Part shown: positions 30,490 to 39,749 of the stretch, one piece after another | Layout: every line of letters begins with the position of its first letter | How positions within the stretch are numbered: position 1 is the first letter of the stretch | Sequence record: PZ386973.1 | Source: a phage | DNA length: 64,000 nt | Strand: one strand, 5' to 3' | Notes under the pieces: model-generated | What the model saw: the letters and a program-made list of their open reading frames with translations, nothing else | Told to the model about the DNA's origin: nothing | The model's database searches: none | Program-made: the position numbers and the translations under genes

Positions 30490-30596
30490 TCTTTTGAATA
30501 GCTTAATAATTAGGTCGGAATTTCCTCTAGCTAGTAAGTATAGCTTTTCATAATCGAAGAATTTAATTTTTGTTTTCTCCTCGAATTTATGTATAT

Positions 30597-30626
30597 ATTA
30601 TACTAGATTTCGAGAGAATTTAGCAA
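30597..30626 (-). promoter_or_regulatory. T5-type early promoter
   Basis: On minus strand TTGCTA - 18 bp - TATAAT followed by conserved ATATACATAAATTCGAGGAG leader. Confidence 0.6.
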
Positions 30627-30697
30627 CTAAAATTTTTATTTTTCTGCTTCGGACTTTCTTATCAATCCGAAACTTTCTCTCTCAAATTTATGTATAT

Positions 30698-30726
30698 ATT
30701 ATACATCATTTATGAGCTGTTGCCAA
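30698..30726 (-). promoter_or_regulatory. T5-type early promoter (tandem, overlapping helicase 3' end)
   Basis: Minus strand TTGGCA - 17 bp - TATAAT then ATATACATAAATTTGAGAGAG. Confidence 0.5.
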
Positions 30727-32062
30727 ATGCAATTTTAGCTAATTGAACTGCTTTCTCCGGGGTCATGGTAATAGTTTTCCACCCGTTGTTACGATATACT
30801 GCCATACGTCCAGAAGCCTGTCTTAGCCCAGTGCCCCCTTTCATAATTAGATCTACAACAATAGGGTCGAGTTTACCTTCAACAATACGTTGAACACGAC
30901 CTGCAAGCTGTTCAATGAGAGATTCATTATTAATAAGACTTCCCATTATTAAACAAGATAGCTCATTAAGGGAAATACCTTCAGAGAAGATACTCTGAGC
31001 TGCTGCAAGTACACAAGGTCCACCTTTTGCTATATCTTCCTGGATTTTTAATCGGTCATCTAAGTGGGTTGCCCCTATAATTTCATATGTTGTAACACCA
31101 CGCTGTGCAAGAGCTTCTAGTACTGTTTGGATTAACTCTGTTCTATCACTTACAATGAGTACTTTATGTCCCATATTCACATATAAATGTGCCAGGTTTA
31201 TAATAGTCTCTCGATACTCAGGATGATTATACACATCGTTAGCACGTAATGCCCACGGTACGTTTTGGTTTCCAGATAACTCAACAGGTACGGAGTATCT
31301 ATGGATTGTAGGTGCAACAGTATTATTAACTGGTGGGCTAAAGATCTTATATCCAAAGAAATCTTTGAACATAACTTGTAGACCATCTTTTCTTTTTAAT
31401 GTACCGGATAGTCCAATCTTATAGCGAGCACATGATATCTCTAGGAAGTTAGTGAAAGTTGTAGCCACACAATGGTGAACCTCATCAACTATAACAGTAC
31501 CGAATACTTTAGAAAGATTATTCGCATGTTTATTCACTGTTTGAATATTACTGACCACAATTGGTGGATCAATATTGTATTTTCCAGAACCTATGATACC
31601 TGGTTCAAACCCAAACCATTTACGAACTTCTGCCGCCCACATTTCACGAATAGATGTGTTGGTACAAATTACCAAAGTTTTCTGGCCAAATTTATACGCA
31701 AGTGCAAGGGCTAAGATAGTTTTACCAAATCCAGGCTTACCATTAATGATACAGGTATCATCACACTCTTCATATATTGGGAGCTGGTCTTCTTCACGCA
31801 GTTTGAACTTAGGTTTTGGTATATCTACCGGAGCTAATGTGCGTTTATCGACTAATTCGTATTTTACTCCTTTAGCATCTAGTAAGTCCAGACGCGTAAT
31901 AGGAATCCACTTAATCTCTTTGGCAACAACACCACTATTCTTATACATAATAGGGTATTTACTAGTCATTGTCTCAATGTGATAAGTAGTTTGCTTACTA
32001 CAATAATCCCAAAGTTCATCATCGGGCTTGAAATAGGCTTTATTAGATATAACAACCTTCAT
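30710..32062 (-). CDS. SF2 DEAD/DEAH-box helicase (T5 D10-like)
   Basis: Walker A GKPGFGKT, DExH box VIVDEVHH, C-terminal helicase motifs. Confidence 0.85.
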   Translation of the reverse strand: MKVVISNKAYFKPDDELWDYCSKQTTYHIETMTSKYPIMYKNSGVVAKEIKWIPITRLDLLDAKGVKYELVDKRTLAPVDIPKPKFKLREEDQLPIYEECDDTCIINGKPGFGKTILALALAYKFGQKTLVICTNTSIREMWAAEVRKWFGFEPGIIGSGKYNIDPPIVVSNIQTVNKHANNLSKVFGTVIVDEVHHCVATTFTNFLEISCARYKIGLSGTLKRKDGLQVMFKDFFGYKIFSPPVNNTVAPTIHRYSVPVELSGNQNVPWALRANDVYNHPEYRETIINLAHLYVNMGHKVLIVSDRTELIQTVLEALAQRGVTTYEIIGATHLDDRLKIQEDIAKGGPCVLAAAQSIFSEGISLNELSCLIMGSLINNESLIEQLAGRVQRIVEGKLDPIVVDLIMKGGTGLRQASGRMAVYRNNGWKTITMTPEKAVQLAKIAFGNSS

Positions 32063-32556
32063 AATTTTATTCTAAGTCTAGGAATTTCAGGCTCCTCTTG
32101 ATGGACTTGATAAATAACAGGGCTATTATTTACCAGAATATAGCTTATATAAGCTGGAACATAGGATAATACAAATGGATAAGGGACTTTAGCCACATAG
32201 CATTGGTATTTTCCGTTATAAATTCTAGCTGAATGCAAAACTTTAGAGGTGACAACATCATAGAACGTAGTTTTCTTCCAGTTAATAAGATTTCCATCAG
32301 AATCTATAAATTGGCTACGCTTTGACCCAACTAATTGAGACAACATTGATATTCTGCCCCTAATAGGATAGAGCTTGTAGGGTAATTCCTTCCGTTTCTC
32401 AAATAGAATAAGCCTACGTTGAGAAAACGTGCCAGGCAACTTCCTGTTATCTAGCACATATTTATTATACCTTGTTGTAATTACGGAATAATCACCTTCT
32501 TGCTCAATTGATACAAACGCCCGTAACGCATAGACGGGCAATTTGAAATTAAGCAC
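32059..32556 (-). CDS. Hypothetical protein
   Basis: 165-aa ORF between DNA polymerase and helicase genes, overlapping both; GTG start inferred. Confidence 0.45.
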   Translation of the reverse strand: MLNFKLPVYALRAFVSIEQEGDYSVITTRYNKYVLDNRKLPGTFSQRRLILFEKRKELPYKLYPIRGRISMLSQLVGSKRSQFIDSDGNLINWKKTTFYDVVTSKVLHSARIYNGKYQCYVAKVPYPFVLSYVPAYISYILVNNSPVIYQVHQEEPEIPRLRIKL

Positions 32557-35116
32557 CGAGAATCCTTTTCACGTTATCCAGATCTTTACATACAGCAATA
32601 AACTTATCATCCTTGTACTTGCTGTGATCTGGATGCTCTTTATCCATTGCAGCTAGTTTCTTATACTCGAACTCTGCATCAAGTAATACACCCTTGACAT
32701 AACGAGTATATTCATCATCATCAATACAAGCGATTGATGGGTGCTGTTTCTTCATCTTACCACAAGAATAGTCACGAGAACCCCCAGCTTCAGAATCTGA
32801 ATCAATACCAATCGGACAGCCAGGAATACTGATACCACGGTCTTTCTGAATATTACGAATCAGGATTTCATTGTATTGGTCGATCAAATCCTCACGAACA
32901 ATAGCAACTACGGAGTCATGAACCAGCATAACAATCTTCATCTCTTGTTCTAAGCCAAGAGAAATGATCTCATTATCTGCATCTACAGCACCTAAAAGGA
33001 GACTATCAGAAGAAGCAGACTGAATGATTGCGTTAAATCCAGAACGAATTTCTTCACCCTGAACGCCACGGTCTTCGGAGTGGATATTATGCAGACGACG
33101 TTTACGACCAAAGTGACTATAGATAAATCCATGATTCTTGATCTGGTCGTGACACTTATCAATCCAACGCTTAAGCTGCGGGAACTGACCGAAGTAAGTT
33201 TCGATATAGTCCTTCGCATCCGCAACAGTACACTCAACAAACGGTTCTCCTGTCTTAGCAGCCTGTTCCAGAAGAGCTTCGTTAACAGAATGAGCTACTT
33301 TAGCTGGGCCAGAACCATACAGAATACCGAAGGTAATTGCTTTAGCTGCTTGACGCAGAGCTGGGAACAGCTTTTTAACATCACGGGGTTCGCACTGGAG
33401 CTTAAATACCATGTGTGCGATGTTAGAGTGGAAGTCCGGGTATTTATCAGGTTCATTTCTCATGTTGATAAATACCTGTTGCATATTTCTATCACCAGAT
33501 AGAACAGCAGCATAATAAACTTCCGCAGTTGTTAAGTCCCACGCGATTACACGATACCCCGGAGGAGCTACTACACAACCCTTGATAATAGATTCATCAC
33601 GAGGTAACTGCTGCAGGTTCAGTTTACCAGAAGAACTCAGACGACCGGAAGTAGTCATGTGTTCGTGGAAACCAGTACGAATGCAACCATCTGCATCAAT
33701 ACTCAGAAGAATTTTCTCAACATAAGTAGAGATTAGCTTAGTCAGCTTACGAATCTCTAGCAGAGTTTTAGCAATTGGATGCTGCGTAGCCAGTTCGTTC
33801 AGAGCTTCTGCATCTGTAGAATCTGCCCCAGTATCTGTCAGTTTACCTGTTGGAGTTAACCCAACATAATCAAACAGAAGAACACGTAGCTGCTTAACAG
33901 AGTTTGGGTTAAACGCTTCGTTCTGATCTTTTTCTAGCTGAACGACTTCTGGATAAGTATACAGTTTCTCACGGGCTTTATTCAGATTATGAGTTAACTG
34001 ATACTGAGCTTCTTTTAAACGATCAACAGAAATAGGTACACCACGATCTTCAACACGCTGTAGGAATACACAACCAGGCATTAGAACATCATAATACAGA
34101 CTGCAAAGTTTTTCATTCTTCTCAATTTTTGGTAAGAAGAAGTTGTGCAAACGTATGGTAGCATCTGTATCTTTCGCAGCGTAAGGCCACATAATATCAA
34201 ACGGAATTAAATCATAGGTGAAATCCTCTTTCTTGATTTTATGTGCTTTGCAATAATCATCCTTGAATTTATCTAGTTCGAAGTCATAGTCACCCATATC
34301 GGTGTACTTCATCGCTAGAGATTTCAAGCCATGAGTACCACGACGTTCATCTAGAACATAGTGCTGCAACATGGTATCATGGAGCCTGCGTTCTTTATGT
34401 GCTTTATCAAAAGTAAGTCCCAGATGGTACTTATAAAAGTGCATATCAAACTTCAAGTTGTGAAAAACAATGGTGTGGTTTTCACTATCCAGAATTTTCT
34501 GGAGATAATATACTGCAACCTCTGTGAGACAATCAGAATCGATATATACACCCTGATATTCTTGGTGAGACATAGAAACACCAAGCAGATAACCATCCCG
34601 ACAGTATAGTGCTGAGGTTTCGGAGTCGAATGCGACAGGTCCGATAACCATATTATACACCATCTTGATATATTCTTCCGCCTCATCAGGGTCAGTAATA
34701 GGACGGTAATCACCAGCTTTTGCAATCTTCTCACGACCATTGATAATATCGTGGATATTCTCTACTGTTGCATCAAAAACTGGTTTCATTTCAGGTTTAA
34801 AATGTAACTGGGCTGGGCTGATACTCGCAATCCAGTTAGCATACCCATTATACTCTACACGTTTACCGGTATAATCACCAATACCTTTCTTACCTGCAAA
34901 GTACAGGAAAGGTTCGGCACCTACCAGTATAACAAAATCATAATCATTCGGATCAAATGGGTTTTCTGGTGTTCCAATAGTAATGTGCTTTTTAAGCAAA
35001 CGACCAGATAACTTCTCGTTACACATATGGAATACATCAACTTCCTCGCCGTATAGCTGGAAATGTTTATCATAACGAGTGTTATTTAGAGCTTTATCAA
35101 CTACTGCGATTTTCAA
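32549..35116 (-). CDS. DNA polymerase, family A, with 3'-5' exonuclease domain
   Basis: 855 aa; exo motifs (VAFDSETSAL), Pol A motifs (DYSQIELR-like region, KxxxFGxxYG: KAITFGILYGSG, HDSVV); TTG start inferred. Confidence 0.93.
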   Translation of the reverse strand: MKIAVVDKALNNTRYDKHFQLYGEEVDVFHMCNEKLSGRLLKKHITIGTPENPFDPNDYDFVILVGAEPFLYFAGKKGIGDYTGKRVEYNGYANWIASISPAQLHFKPEMKPVFDATVENIHDIINGREKIAKAGDYRPITDPDEAEEYIKMVYNMVIGPVAFDSETSALYCRDGYLLGVSMSHQEYQGVYIDSDCLTEVAVYYLQKILDSENHTIVFHNLKFDMHFYKYHLGLTFDKAHKERRLHDTMLQHYVLDERRGTHGLKSLAMKYTDMGDYDFELDKFKDDYCKAHKIKKEDFTYDLIPFDIMWPYAAKDTDATIRLHNFFLPKIEKNEKLCSLYYDVLMPGCVFLQRVEDRGVPISVDRLKEAQYQLTHNLNKAREKLYTYPEVVQLEKDQNEAFNPNSVKQLRVLLFDYVGLTPTGKLTDTGADSTDAEALNELATQHPIAKTLLEIRKLTKLISTYVEKILLSIDADGCIRTGFHEHMTTSGRLSSSGKLNLQQLPRDESIIKGCVVAPPGYRVIAWDLTTAEVYYAAVLSGDRNMQQVFINMRNEPDKYPDFHSNIAHMVFKLQCEPRDVKKLFPALRQAAKAITFGILYGSGPAKVAHSVNEALLEQAAKTGEPFVECTVADAKDYIETYFGQFPQLKRWIDKCHDQIKNHGFIYSHFGRKRRLHNIHSEDRGVQGEEIRSGFNAIIQSASSDSLLLGAVDADNEIISLGLEQEMKIVMLVHDSVVAIVREDLIDQYNEILIRNIQKDRGISIPGCPIGIDSDSEAGGSRDYSCGKMKKQHPSIACIDDDEYTRYVKGVLLDAEFEYKKLAAMDKEHPDHSKYKDDKFIAVCKDLDNVKRILGA

Positions 35117-35177
35117 ATTTAATCTCCTCTTGGTAAGTAAGTATAACTTCAGTGTTTCTTCTCTAACTTACCAATAT

Positions 35178-35206
35178 ATTATATCAAAATATTGGGATAA
35201 TAGCAA
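35178..35206 (-). promoter_or_regulatory. T5-type early promoter upstream of DNA polymerase gene
   Basis: Minus strand TTGCTA - 17 bp - TATAAT. Confidence 0.6.
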
Positions 35207-35209
35207 ATA

Positions 35210-35539
35210 CTATTTATAGGTGTGAAGTAATTTACGCATTTCATTGCGCTGCTTTTCTAGTACCCGAAATTCTTCATCTATACGCAGAAAAGCATCTAGC
35301 GCTTTCATAGATTGCTCAGTATTTTCTACAACAGCCCAATCATATGTTAGGTATACCTCTTGACCTGTATCTTTTACTTTAAAGTAAATATAAGATGCAG
35401 GTAATTTAGGATCACCAAATAAATGGAAATTCTTTCGTTTATTAAGGGACTCCAGTGTTGTAAACCGCTCTAGTTTAACCTCTTTGTGTGTTATACTATC
35501 ATACACTGGAACATCCGCATAAATATATACATATTCCAT
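35210..35539 (-). CDS. Hypothetical protein
   Basis: 109-aa ORF with ATG start, GAGGAG RBS and upstream promoter overlapping primase 3' end. Confidence 0.55.
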   Translation of the reverse strand: MEYVYIYADVPVYDSITHKEVKLERFTTLESLNKRKNFHLFGDPKLPASYIYFKVKDTGQEVYLTYDWAVVENTEQSMKALDAFLRIDEEFRVLEKQRNEMRKLLHTYK

Positions 35540-35564
35540 AGTAGCTCCTCAGTTATTTAGGACT

Positions 35565-35594
35565 ATTATACCAAATCTTTAAGCGATTCAGCAA
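35565..35594 (-). promoter_or_regulatory. Promoter-like element overlapping primase 3' end
   Basis: Minus strand TTGCTG - 18 bp - TATAAT upstream of 35210..35539. Confidence 0.45.
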
Positions 35595-36456
35595 CTAAAA
35601 TTTCAATACGTTTTGCTAACATATCAATTTCTTCTTTATTTAAGTCACCTGGGTCTTTACCTTCAGGCAGAAGAAAGTTAGCAACTACAGGTGTTAAACG
35701 CGTTTTTGTACGAATTAGCTTGGCCAGTGCTTGTGCAGCTTTATTACCAGAAGCATCATTATCTAGTAAGATAACAACAACTTTTACACCAGCAATAATA
35801 TAAGGACTAAACTTATCTGCAATGTTATCCGAAGTAAACTGATGTGTACCAAAGCAGCAAGAAGCATAGTCTATGCCATTATCCTCTAGGTTCAGCATAT
35901 CAAAGATACCTTCAACTAAAATAAGAACTGGAGTATTATATCGTACAGGAAAAATTGGCGGTGAAACTTGTTTTGGTTTTACTAAGTATTTAGGAGGGGC
36001 AGAACTGTTTATAGAACGACCCAAAAATAGGGTATTGCGTCCAACAGCATCTGTGATTGGGAATACAATTCTGCCTTCCCAGTCTGCTTGGTGTTGGAAA
36101 GCAAAATATTTCTTCAAGGTCTTAGAACTTATACCTCGGAAATCACCTTCGAAAAGGTAAGCAGATTCAGGAATTGCAAGATTCGTTGATCCATTCCTAA
36201 TCTCTGAAATCTTTTTACGTACTTGCGATAGCCTTGGAGACTGTCGGTACTGAGTCTCATTAAAATAATGGTAAATGCTCGGTATACCTTTACCGAAGCC
36301 ACAACTCAAGCAGTGCATAATACCTGTTTCAGGATCAATACGCAAACTTGGGTGTTTATCGTCATGATCTGGATTGAGACAACAGATGAGGATGTCCCCA
36401 CCTGTGTCTTTATATTCAATGCCTTTCAGATCAAGTAGTTCTGTTATTCTACTCAT
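35566..36456 (-). CDS. DNA primase (zinc-binding domain plus TOPRIM)
   Basis: CCLNPDHDDKHPSLRIDPETGIMHCLSCGF zinc ribbon; TOPRIM motifs LILVEGIFD and VVILLDNDASG. Confidence 0.85.
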   Translation of the reverse strand: MSRITELLDLKGIEYKDTGGDILICCLNPDHDDKHPSLRIDPETGIMHCLSCGFGKGIPSIYHYFNETQYRQSPRLSQVRKKISEIRNGSTNLAIPESAYLFEGDFRGISSKTLKKYFAFQHQADWEGRIVFPITDAVGRNTLFLGRSINSSAPPKYLVKPKQVSPPIFPVRYNTPVLILVEGIFDMLNLEDNGIDYASCCFGTHQFTSDNIADKFSPYIIAGVKVVVILLDNDASGNKAAQALAKLIRTKTRLTPVVANFLLPEGKDPGDLNKEEIDMLAKRIEILVAESLKDLV

Positions 36457-37925
36457 ATATCGCTGGCCTGTTCACCTGTTGAATTTTCAGCTTTGTCTTT
36501 CTTAGCACGTTTAGGTTGAGCCGGCTTATCCTTCTCAATAGGGATAACGAACTCAGCTTCCATTTGAGATATATCTTCCATTGCTAGGTTGGTAGTGTTA
36601 TCCATCCGCAGGGTTTCCCAGTTCATCTTAGGCATAAACTTAACGCTATCAGAAGAACGAGTCTTAACGAAGTCAAACATAATAGCACCTTGACCATTAT
36701 CAGCTTTTGCAGCATTAAGATTAGCAGCCATGTCTGCGGAATCAAGAATCCCCTTTGACATACGTGTTCTACCATCTTGATCGATCTGGTAAGGAGCTAC
36801 GCCAGCCACGTTATGTTTCTGGCAGATAGATTTGAAAGACGAGCTAACAACCATCTGTTCTTTCCAGTCATACATATCAATGGTTTTAGAGTCTGGAAGT
36901 CGGGTTTGGTTAATATAGTCAAGTAGAGCTACTGTAACTTTATCACCATATCTAGCAACTAATTTATTTAATTCTACGTCAACTGTTGTAATAGACAACT
37001 CAGGGTCATAAACAATAATCATAGGAGTATGTAGCTCATACCCTTCTATTAGCCTACTCTCCATATCGTAGAAATCACTCATCTTAGCCATTGTGTACTG
37101 TTTAACGAAGCTATCAAAAAGCTCTTCGCCACCATTAAACATCCTAGCTCTAGTTCTGGCTAATCTCAACAGAGCTGCACCTTCTAGAGTATTATTACGC
37201 ATTGCTAGTGCTGATACACCAGCTAACATGGCTAGATTACGTCTAAATACTTCATGTTCTTTCATCTCAATTGAGAAGTATGGAGCAATATCTCCATTCA
37301 AATATTGCTGAACCTGTATGTTTGAACAGATAATGGATTTACCAGTACCACGCCAACCACCAAGCAGTAACGTTTCTGTGCGAGCTAAACCAATTTGAGC
37401 GTCGAACTCATTACAAATACCAAGAGCGATTAAGTTCAGTTTGGTATCTTCTTCTCTCTGGAAAATACGCATGTTATCTGCGTTGAATACTTTTCCAGTA
37501 TTCGTTACTTTCTCTTCTAATTTTAAGTGAAGGGAGGCAACTCGGTTGAGAATTTCTCCCTGATCCAGCATTGTTAAATCTTGAAGCACGTCTGTTTCTA
37601 GAAGCTTCAGGAATAAATCCTGTGTATACTCGGCCTCTAGGACTTCAAGTGCCTGTTCCATGCTCACTTCTGGAATTTGAGTGTTAGCTAAGACGACTAG
37701 GGCTTGAGAAAGGCGGGCGTTCCTATTAGCTTCAAGCATAAGTGCGTCAATGGACGGCATTGTGTTATATTTTTTATAATAATTCTGGACGGCTTGGTAA
37801 ATTGAGGAGAAAGCGTCATTAAAATGATCTTTATGCAGTTTTGAGAATGTTTCCAATGCTATTTGCTTCTGTTCGGAAGCTAGAAGCATCTTCAACACTA
37901 CAGCTTGCACGTTAAACAAGGTCAT
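36453..37925 (-). CDS. DnaB-like replicative helicase
   Basis: RecA-like core with Walker A GGWRGTGKS and Walker B IIVYDPELS; start ambiguous (track start 37976 lies in loop of a terminator hairpin; ATG 37925 chosen). Confidence 0.75.
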   Translation of the reverse strand: MTLFNVQAVVLKMLLASEQKQIALETFSKLHKDHFNDAFSSIYQAVQNYYKKYNTMPSIDALMLEANRNARLSQALVVLANTQIPEVSMEQALEVLEAEYTQDLFLKLLETDVLQDLTMLDQGEILNRVASLHLKLEEKVTNTGKVFNADNMRIFQREEDTKLNLIALGICNEFDAQIGLARTETLLLGGWRGTGKSIICSNIQVQQYLNGDIAPYFSIEMKEHEVFRRNLAMLAGVSALAMRNNTLEGAALLRLARTRARMFNGGEELFDSFVKQYTMAKMSDFYDMESRLIEGYELHTPMIIVYDPELSITTVDVELNKLVARYGDKVTVALLDYINQTRLPDSKTIDMYDWKEQMVVSSSFKSICQKHNVAGVAPYQIDQDGRTRMSKGILDSADMAANLNAAKADNGQGAIMFDFVKTRSSDSVKFMPKMNWETLRMDNTTNLAMEDISQMEAEFVIPIEKDKPAQPKRAKKDKAENSTGEQASDI

Positions 37926-37958
37926 TCTCCTTTGCACGCTTTCGTGCCTTCTAAATGC

Positions 37959-37990
37959 AAAAAGGGGAAGGAGCATAGCCCCCTCCCCTT
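37959..37990 (-). terminator. Intrinsic terminator-like hairpin between D5-like gene and DnaB-like helicase gene
   Basis: Minus strand GGGGAGGGGGC-UAUG-CUCCUUCCCC followed by TTTTT; loop contains an in-frame ATG. Confidence 0.55.
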
Positions 37991-38007
37991 AGGTTTAATT
38001 TACCAGA

Positions 38008-38775
38008 TTATTCAGCAGCCGCAGCTTTTGCATCCAGTTTAGCACGCTTAGCGGCACCATCATAGTCCTTAGCAACCAGACCACGACGAGACAGCATAGA
38101 TTTAACACCGCGCTCAGACTTACCAGTTTTCTCAGCGATCTCAGCAACAGTCATGTTAACCAGATCCAGGCCTTCTAACAGATCTTCACGAGTTTTAGCA
38201 CTTGAGGTTTCCTGTACCGGCATAGCAGCGATACGACCTTCACGAAGCAGGCTCAGAGCTTTACCACGGATCTGCTTGATATTACGACCGAAGTGAGCAG
38301 CGATAGCTTCAATAGTAGCACCAGCAACAACCTGATTAACAAAATCAGTTTCTTCATCCGGAGTGAAGGAACGAACAGCGGCGGCTTTTTCGGTTGGTTT
38401 AACAGAAGCGGTCATTTCCAGGCTCAGAATTTTACCCTGTACCTGTTTAGCACCGAACTGACCACCAGCTACAGCAGCAGCGATTTCAGCATAAGTATAC
38501 TGACCAGCATGAGCGTTCAGGAAATCAACCAGTTCAGCTTCCTGCTCAGGAGTCCACGGGGATTTCTGTACTTCGTTAGCTTTCTGTACTTCGAAACCTT
38601 CTTTACGCAGCTTAGAGCCAACAGAGCGAGCGGTAACGTCTTTGCCAGTTTCAGCAGCCAGTTCAGCGGCGATAGCAGCTACTTGTTCTTGAGAGATTAC
38701 AGAAACACCCAGAGCAGTGGCTTTTGCTTTCAGAGACTCGGTTACACCTTCTACGTTCCAGTTCAGTTTAGACAT
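38008..38775 (-). CDS. Ala-rich DNA-binding-like protein with four tandem helix-hairpin repeats (possibly T5 D5-like)
   Basis: 255 aa; repeated ~30-aa module (xAEIAxxxGxxxxxVxxKLxxxG); strong host-like codon bias. Confidence 0.5.
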   Translation of the reverse strand: MSKLNWNVEGVTESLKAKATALGVSVISQEQVAAIAAELAAETGKDVTARSVGSKLRKEGFEVQKANEVQKSPWTPEQEAELVDFLNAHAGQYTYAEIAAAVAGGQFGAKQVQGKILSLEMTASVKPTEKAAAVRSFTPDEETDFVNQVVAGATIEAIAAHFGRNIKQIRGKALSLLREGRIAAMPVQETSSAKTREDLLEGLDLVNMTVAEIAEKTGKSERGVKSMLSRRGLVAKDYDGAAKRAKLDAKAAAAE

Positions 38776-39547
38776 TATTATTTTTCTCCAATAGTTCTTT
38801 AATCGACAGGATTTCTATCCCATTCGTTTCGGCTTTCTTATAAGATGAGGAAGAACGTTTTGATTCATCCTCACAGATTAGGTATTTGACGTCTTTAGTA
38901 ACGGATTTCTTAACCGTATACCCTAGACTTTCTAAATAGTTTGTTGCATCCGTTCTATTTGCAAAATCTTGCAAAGATCCGGTAATACATACCGCGATTC
39001 CATTTGGCTGGGCAACTAATTCATCTGCAATGATGATGTCAGCTTTAGCACCCTTAATACCATTTGAGAATTTCCACGGTAATTCAATAACATCCTTGCC
39101 TTGTGGGGAATTTAGCCAGGCTTTATAATTTTCTCCAGCTTTGCCGTCAGCTCTCACATCTTGAAAACTGGTGCAATTTTGGGATAATTTCTTTGCTGCA
39201 ACCTCTCCAATTAGGGGGATTCCTAAAGAACCGAGAACTGAACCAAAGTCAATGTCTCCGCGAACTTTAGTATTTAATTCGCTAGTTAACTTAGCGGCAA
39301 CCTTGCTACCCACGGCTCTAACCAAATCTTCTTCGGTTAGGTAAAATAGTTCTGAAATCTTCGTCAGCTCCAGCTTCTCAATAGTTTTTGGGCCAAAACC
39401 CTTTAACTTCATCTTTGTACAGAAGTTCTCGATTAACTTACTTGATTGCGCTGGACAGTTGGACTTATTCCGACAGAATAATTGTCCGTTGACAAGATCT
39501 AGCTTAGAACCACAAGAGGGACATTGTGTTGGAATTTCGATTTTCAT
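38768..39547 (-). CDS. NAD-dependent DNA ligase subunit B (zinc finger, HhH, BRCT-like part)
   Basis: CPSCGSKL...CRNKSNCPAQ zinc finger, HhH (GFGPKTIEKL), C-terminal BRCT-like; ATG 39547 chosen. Confidence 0.8.
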   Translation of the reverse strand: MKIEIPTQCPSCGSKLDLVNGQLFCRNKSNCPAQSSKLIENFCTKMKLKGFGPKTIEKLELTKISELFYLTEEDLVRAVGSKVAAKLTSELNTKVRGDIDFGSVLGSLGIPLIGEVAAKKLSQNCTSFQDVRADGKAGENYKAWLNSPQGKDVIELPWKFSNGIKGAKADIIIADELVAQPNGIAVCITGSLQDFANRTDATNYLESLGYTVKKSVTKDVKYLICEDESKRSSSSYKKAETNGIEILSIKELLEKNNNV

Positions 39548-39577
39548 CAAATTTCTTCCTTATCAATTTATATAAAT

Positions 39578-39606
39578 ATTATAGCAAGTATTTAAGCATT
39601 TAGCAA
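39578..39606 (-). promoter_or_regulatory. T5-type early promoter upstream of ligase subunit B
   Basis: Minus strand TTGCTA - 17 bp - TATAAT then ATTTATATAAATTGATAAGGAAG. Confidence 0.6.
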
Positions 39607-39670
39607 CTACAATTTTAACTAACTTTGCTTACCCTCGCCATAACTTTCTATCCCTCAACTGAATGATAAT

Positions 39671-39699
39671 AGTATATACCTAAGCGGCGAAAATGTCAA
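39671..39699 (-). promoter_or_regulatory. Sigma70 consensus-like promoter (tandem with 39578..39606)
   Basis: Minus strand TTGACA - 17 bp - TATACT. Confidence 0.45.
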
Positions 39700-39749
39700 T
39701 AACCACTTTATAATTCCGATATGGTAGATGGGTAGCAAAGGGTTATGTA

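Noticed and set aside
36453-37976. Longest-ORF start (ATG 37976) for the DnaB-like helicase
   Set aside because: That ATG sits in the loop of a terminator-like hairpin; a downstream start was preferred but remains uncertain
38293-38802. 169-aa Ser/Phe-rich ORF antisense to the D5-like gene
   Set aside because: Shadow of a GC-skewed, codon-biased gene
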